Below, in pieces: positions 60,653 to 64,000 of a DNA stretch of 64,000 bases. Positions within the stretch are counted from its first letter, which is position 1; each line of letters opens with the position of its first letter. The notes under the pieces were generated by a model. That model saw only the letters and a program-made list of their open reading frames with translations. It was not told the DNA's origin and did no database searches. The stretch is from assembly GCA_022605425.2 (NCBI GenBank), contig JAKIMF020000001.1, positions 992,001-1,056,000 on the forward strand, written 5' to 3'. Source of the stretch: Hamiltosporidium tvaerminnensis FI-OER-3-3. Taxonomy: Eukaryota > Fungi > Microsporidia. Made by a program: the position numbers and the translations under genes.

Positions 60653-61615
60653 TCCATATTTAAAAATATCACACTTCTATAAAAAGGAATATGTTATTTT
60701 ATTTCCATGACATTAACACAGTTCAGGTTATAATAATTAGCTACACTCCCAGCACACCATCGATACGCCTTACAATACCTAAATCTTAAAGCCTTTTGTC
60801 TAAAAGCTTTGTATAACTCACTAAATAAGCGAGGCAGTCGCGCAGGTTTCTTTAATGCTCGTTGCATAGAGTGTGATCGCGGGCTGAAACTCACTCAAGG
60901 ACACCTCAAGACCGTCCAGCATTCTCAATTATCTACATTTTCCGATTCCAATAGACTTATAGCTAAGATATATTTCGGCGACTTATATAGGATCCAACTA
61001 GACGTGAAATGGCATATCAACATATAAAAACTTGTGCTTAGCTCTCTCAGATTTGAGTGGTTTTATTTTCTACAGCTCCCAGGAGGTACGTATTCAGACC
61101 CCGAGTGAGAAGGGCTGGGGTACCATGCACTTACATGCCAATTCTTTTGATTTCACTCGAGATCTGCAATCATAATCGGCACAAAAGCTTTGAATATGCC
61201 TTTGCCGCCCTCGGTAATACCGCCCACCGGTCTTTTTCCAATGGGTTTGTTTACTTTTTCGGGTTTCGTAACAAGGTGGTTTTTATTGGTGGGATGTTGG
61301 CTCTACACTTAACACCAACCCATAGGACCATTCCCTTTTAGTCGCCTTTTATACAAGCAGAGAATAATCCAAGCGAATTCTGCTCTCGACATGGTGTGGA
61401 ACGAAATTCGCAATCAGTAACATAAAAAACTACAAAATTGATTCTTTAAATAAGTTTCGTGTTTTGATAAATTACTTCTCTTCATACAAACTCTAATAGA
61501 ACAGCCGAAAATACAGTGCGGTTTTACTACCATTAATAATTGATTCAATATTTCATATATCGATTTCGCCAAATCAATGCTAAGCAGATAGTTTTTAATG
61601 GGTTTTAGCCCCCTC
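60653..61615 (-). mobile_element. Copy of the ~740-nt retroposon interrupted by the RTE-derived element
   Basis: Colinear with 15664-16406 on both sides of 61173-61401. Confidence 0.82.
61173..61401 (-). mobile_element. Second copy of the RTE-derived short retroposon
   Basis: TACCGCCCACCGGTCTTTTTCCA, TTTCGTAACAAGGTGG, CCCTTTTAGTCGCC shared with 34131-34365; degenerate 15-bp TSD (12/15) at 61158-61172 and 61402-61416. Confidence 0.85.
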
Positions 61616-64000
61616 TAGCATTAGATATAGATATAAATTCAAATTAAATAAAACTTGTTTTTTTATTTCATTACTTTTTTGTTGCTGCTCTAGTATGAGT
61701 AAACCATAAAAGGAATATCAGTTTCTACGTATAAGCGCTAGTTAACATAATTACATATATAATTTATGTAGAGCTTCATTTCTATTTACTAGGTTTAATT
61801 TTATATAAATAAATAGGTGAAGTATATTAGCAAAATCTCAAAGATTTCAAATTGTAAACTATATTAGACAGAAACCACCTTTAAACCTATTTAAATCCGA
61901 TCTATATATAGATTGATAGTTTTTTTTAAAAAGCATTATTTACTTATAGACTAGAACACTATACGTTGCTATCGATGATATTTGCTTTAGCAAGCTATAG
62001 TATAATAAAAGTCGTTTTTTCTTTTGAAATTTATTTTAAAAAGCATATTATTGAATAAAATGCCTTTAGCATATCAGAGTAAGTAAAATTATAGAAGTGA
62101 TTTGTTAAAATGACCTATCGTATCTGAAAGCATATATAAGTGAGCATGTTAAACCCATGAAGCATGCTACGCGTGCATTCTTTCAACACATTTCACCCAA
62201 TATACCATATAACTAAATTTTTGATGATTTTATACTGGATTGTATAAACATCAGGTGTATGATTATCGAACTGATACTAGTTGAGGATTTCTAAATTCTT
62301 TTAAATATACAAAATATCTTAGGTGTTTCGCGATGATTATAGGATCAAAGATTCATAAAAAATCCATTAAAATTTATGTTCGATATCTTTGGTGTTTCTG
62401 TAACATATAATCTGATAACAGCGGTTGTTTAAAAATATACTTCTTGTCACATTTTTTATAGTTTAGGTACCATATTAATAGGTAGAACCTTATGCCTTAC
62501 AAAGATGTAAAGCAAATTTTAACGTATAAATAAGTGTATAAATTTATGCCTAAAAAAATAATGACACAAACCAGATGGATTAAGATAGATCGAGCATCTA
62601 AATATTTTAATTATCTATATAAGAATATAAGTAATAAACAAATAAACATTCATTTACGCATTTCTTAAGATAAACAGGTTTCAACGATCTGCTTTGTAAA
62701 GCCATAAATGCTGAAAACGAGCTAGTATATTAGTGTTTATATCGAAGTAGATTCTTTTACAGTTATTGCAAAAGAAAATGCTGGGTTACATAGGGATGCC
62801 TTGAATTGAGTTCTAATAAGCATGAATACCGATTGAACTAGAAATCATTACGATAAATGATTGAAATGAAAACGATAGTAAAATGGCTAAAAGATATCTA
62901 GGCATTTTCAAATTTATAAAGAAAAGACTAATGAAGGTGAGAAGTAAAAAGTACATCTCAACTTGTCTATTGAGGAATAATTCTTCACAAATAAAAATGT
63001 GATCAACACAAAGACTAATTGAGTTATTTTTAACTTTTTTAAAAAATTCGGTTTTTAAACTTAAATCTTTTTTTTTGAAACACGTGATCGCAATAAAAAA
63101 CAGTATAATTAACATAATAACAGTTCCCGATGTGTAAAAATCATATTTAGTTTGTTTATTTTTTGCTTTGCAAATAATATATTTCCTTTTATATTGTTTA
63201 GATGTGCACAAAAAAATATTGCTCTCATTCGACTGAAATTCTTAAGAAATTCTTTTCTGGAAGTTTGAGATTTAAAGCACATAAGTTTTATTCAGCCTCC
63301 CTTATACATTTAAAAAAATGCTTTCTTTAAAAAAACCAATGTGGCATTAAGAAGTAATGAGTCTAAATAACGGGGATATAGAAAAAATAAGAAAAAACGA
63401 GATTGAGTATAGATCTAACCGAGGATATTAAACATGGACTTTATTAGATGATATAATTTAATAAAGACTTATACAGCTTGCTAAACACCTAAATTTTTAT
63501 CGTTTAAAGAATTCTAATATGATTATGACTCTAAATAGGATATAAATACTTTTTGGATTATATCTGCAACTTTTAAATTTATCATTGAACATGTTTTATA
63601 AACAACATAAACATGCAAAAATCACGAGCTATATCCTCTTACCCTATTTTTGATAGATATTTCGCTGTCTCAATTCATTTTTTAATTATTAAAACACCCA
63701 GTATTCTATGTTTACCTTAATTTTGTTCAAACACCTATATCTGCCCGATTCTCTCTTATTTCTATACATTTCTTGATTTTTCTTCTGTTTCGTTAGTTTA
63801 TATCCATTTAAAATTTGTATTTACCTGCCTAAAATACTAGAAAGTGATATATTCCAACATAATATCAAATAAATCGATTTTTTTGCCTTGTATTTGGATT
63901 TGGAATGTTTTTATAACAAAGAACAGGGGTATAGATCGTTATACTTTCACTAAACAGCAAAACACACTGCAAAGGCTAACTCCAAGCCAGTTATTACTGT

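Noticed and set aside
62813-63211. Hydrophobic 132-aa ORF
   Set aside because: Non-ATG start, low-complexity composition, no motif

Overview
Very AT-rich eukaryotic DNA with intronless, compact genes, many with a CCC motif just upstream of the ATG. This points to a large-genome microsporidian, probably Hamiltosporidium-like (inference). Core genes: RPS21, MAT1/TFB3, TIP20/RINT1 (frameshifted), cohesin SCC3, APC6/CDC16, SEC18/NSF (frameshifted), tRNA-Pro(CGG), a CxxC-less TMX-like thioredoxin-fold protein and two paralogous L7Ae/Pop3-like genes. There are also lineage-specific secreted, membrane and LRR-like genes and pseudogenes. The window is dominated by mobile DNA: two full-length and several truncated R4/Dong-clade LINEs, a decayed RTE LINE, a Merlin remnant and hAT-type MITEs. 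Three non-coding retroposon (SINE-like) families are missed by the ORF track: a ~740-nt hairpin-rich family (5 full-length copies plus a fragment, one with a perfect 18-bp TSD), a ~235-nt RTE-derived element, and a tRNA-headed element; the last two are each nested inside a copy of the first. Top observations: (i) this SINE/LINE set; (ii) an ~800-bp duplication exactly flanking one R4 LINE, in which the duplicated Pop3-like CDS has diverged much more than its non-coding flank; (iii) R4 LINEs that start exactly at their ATG and share the same inactivating lesions. All identities are by-eye estimates; no searches were run.
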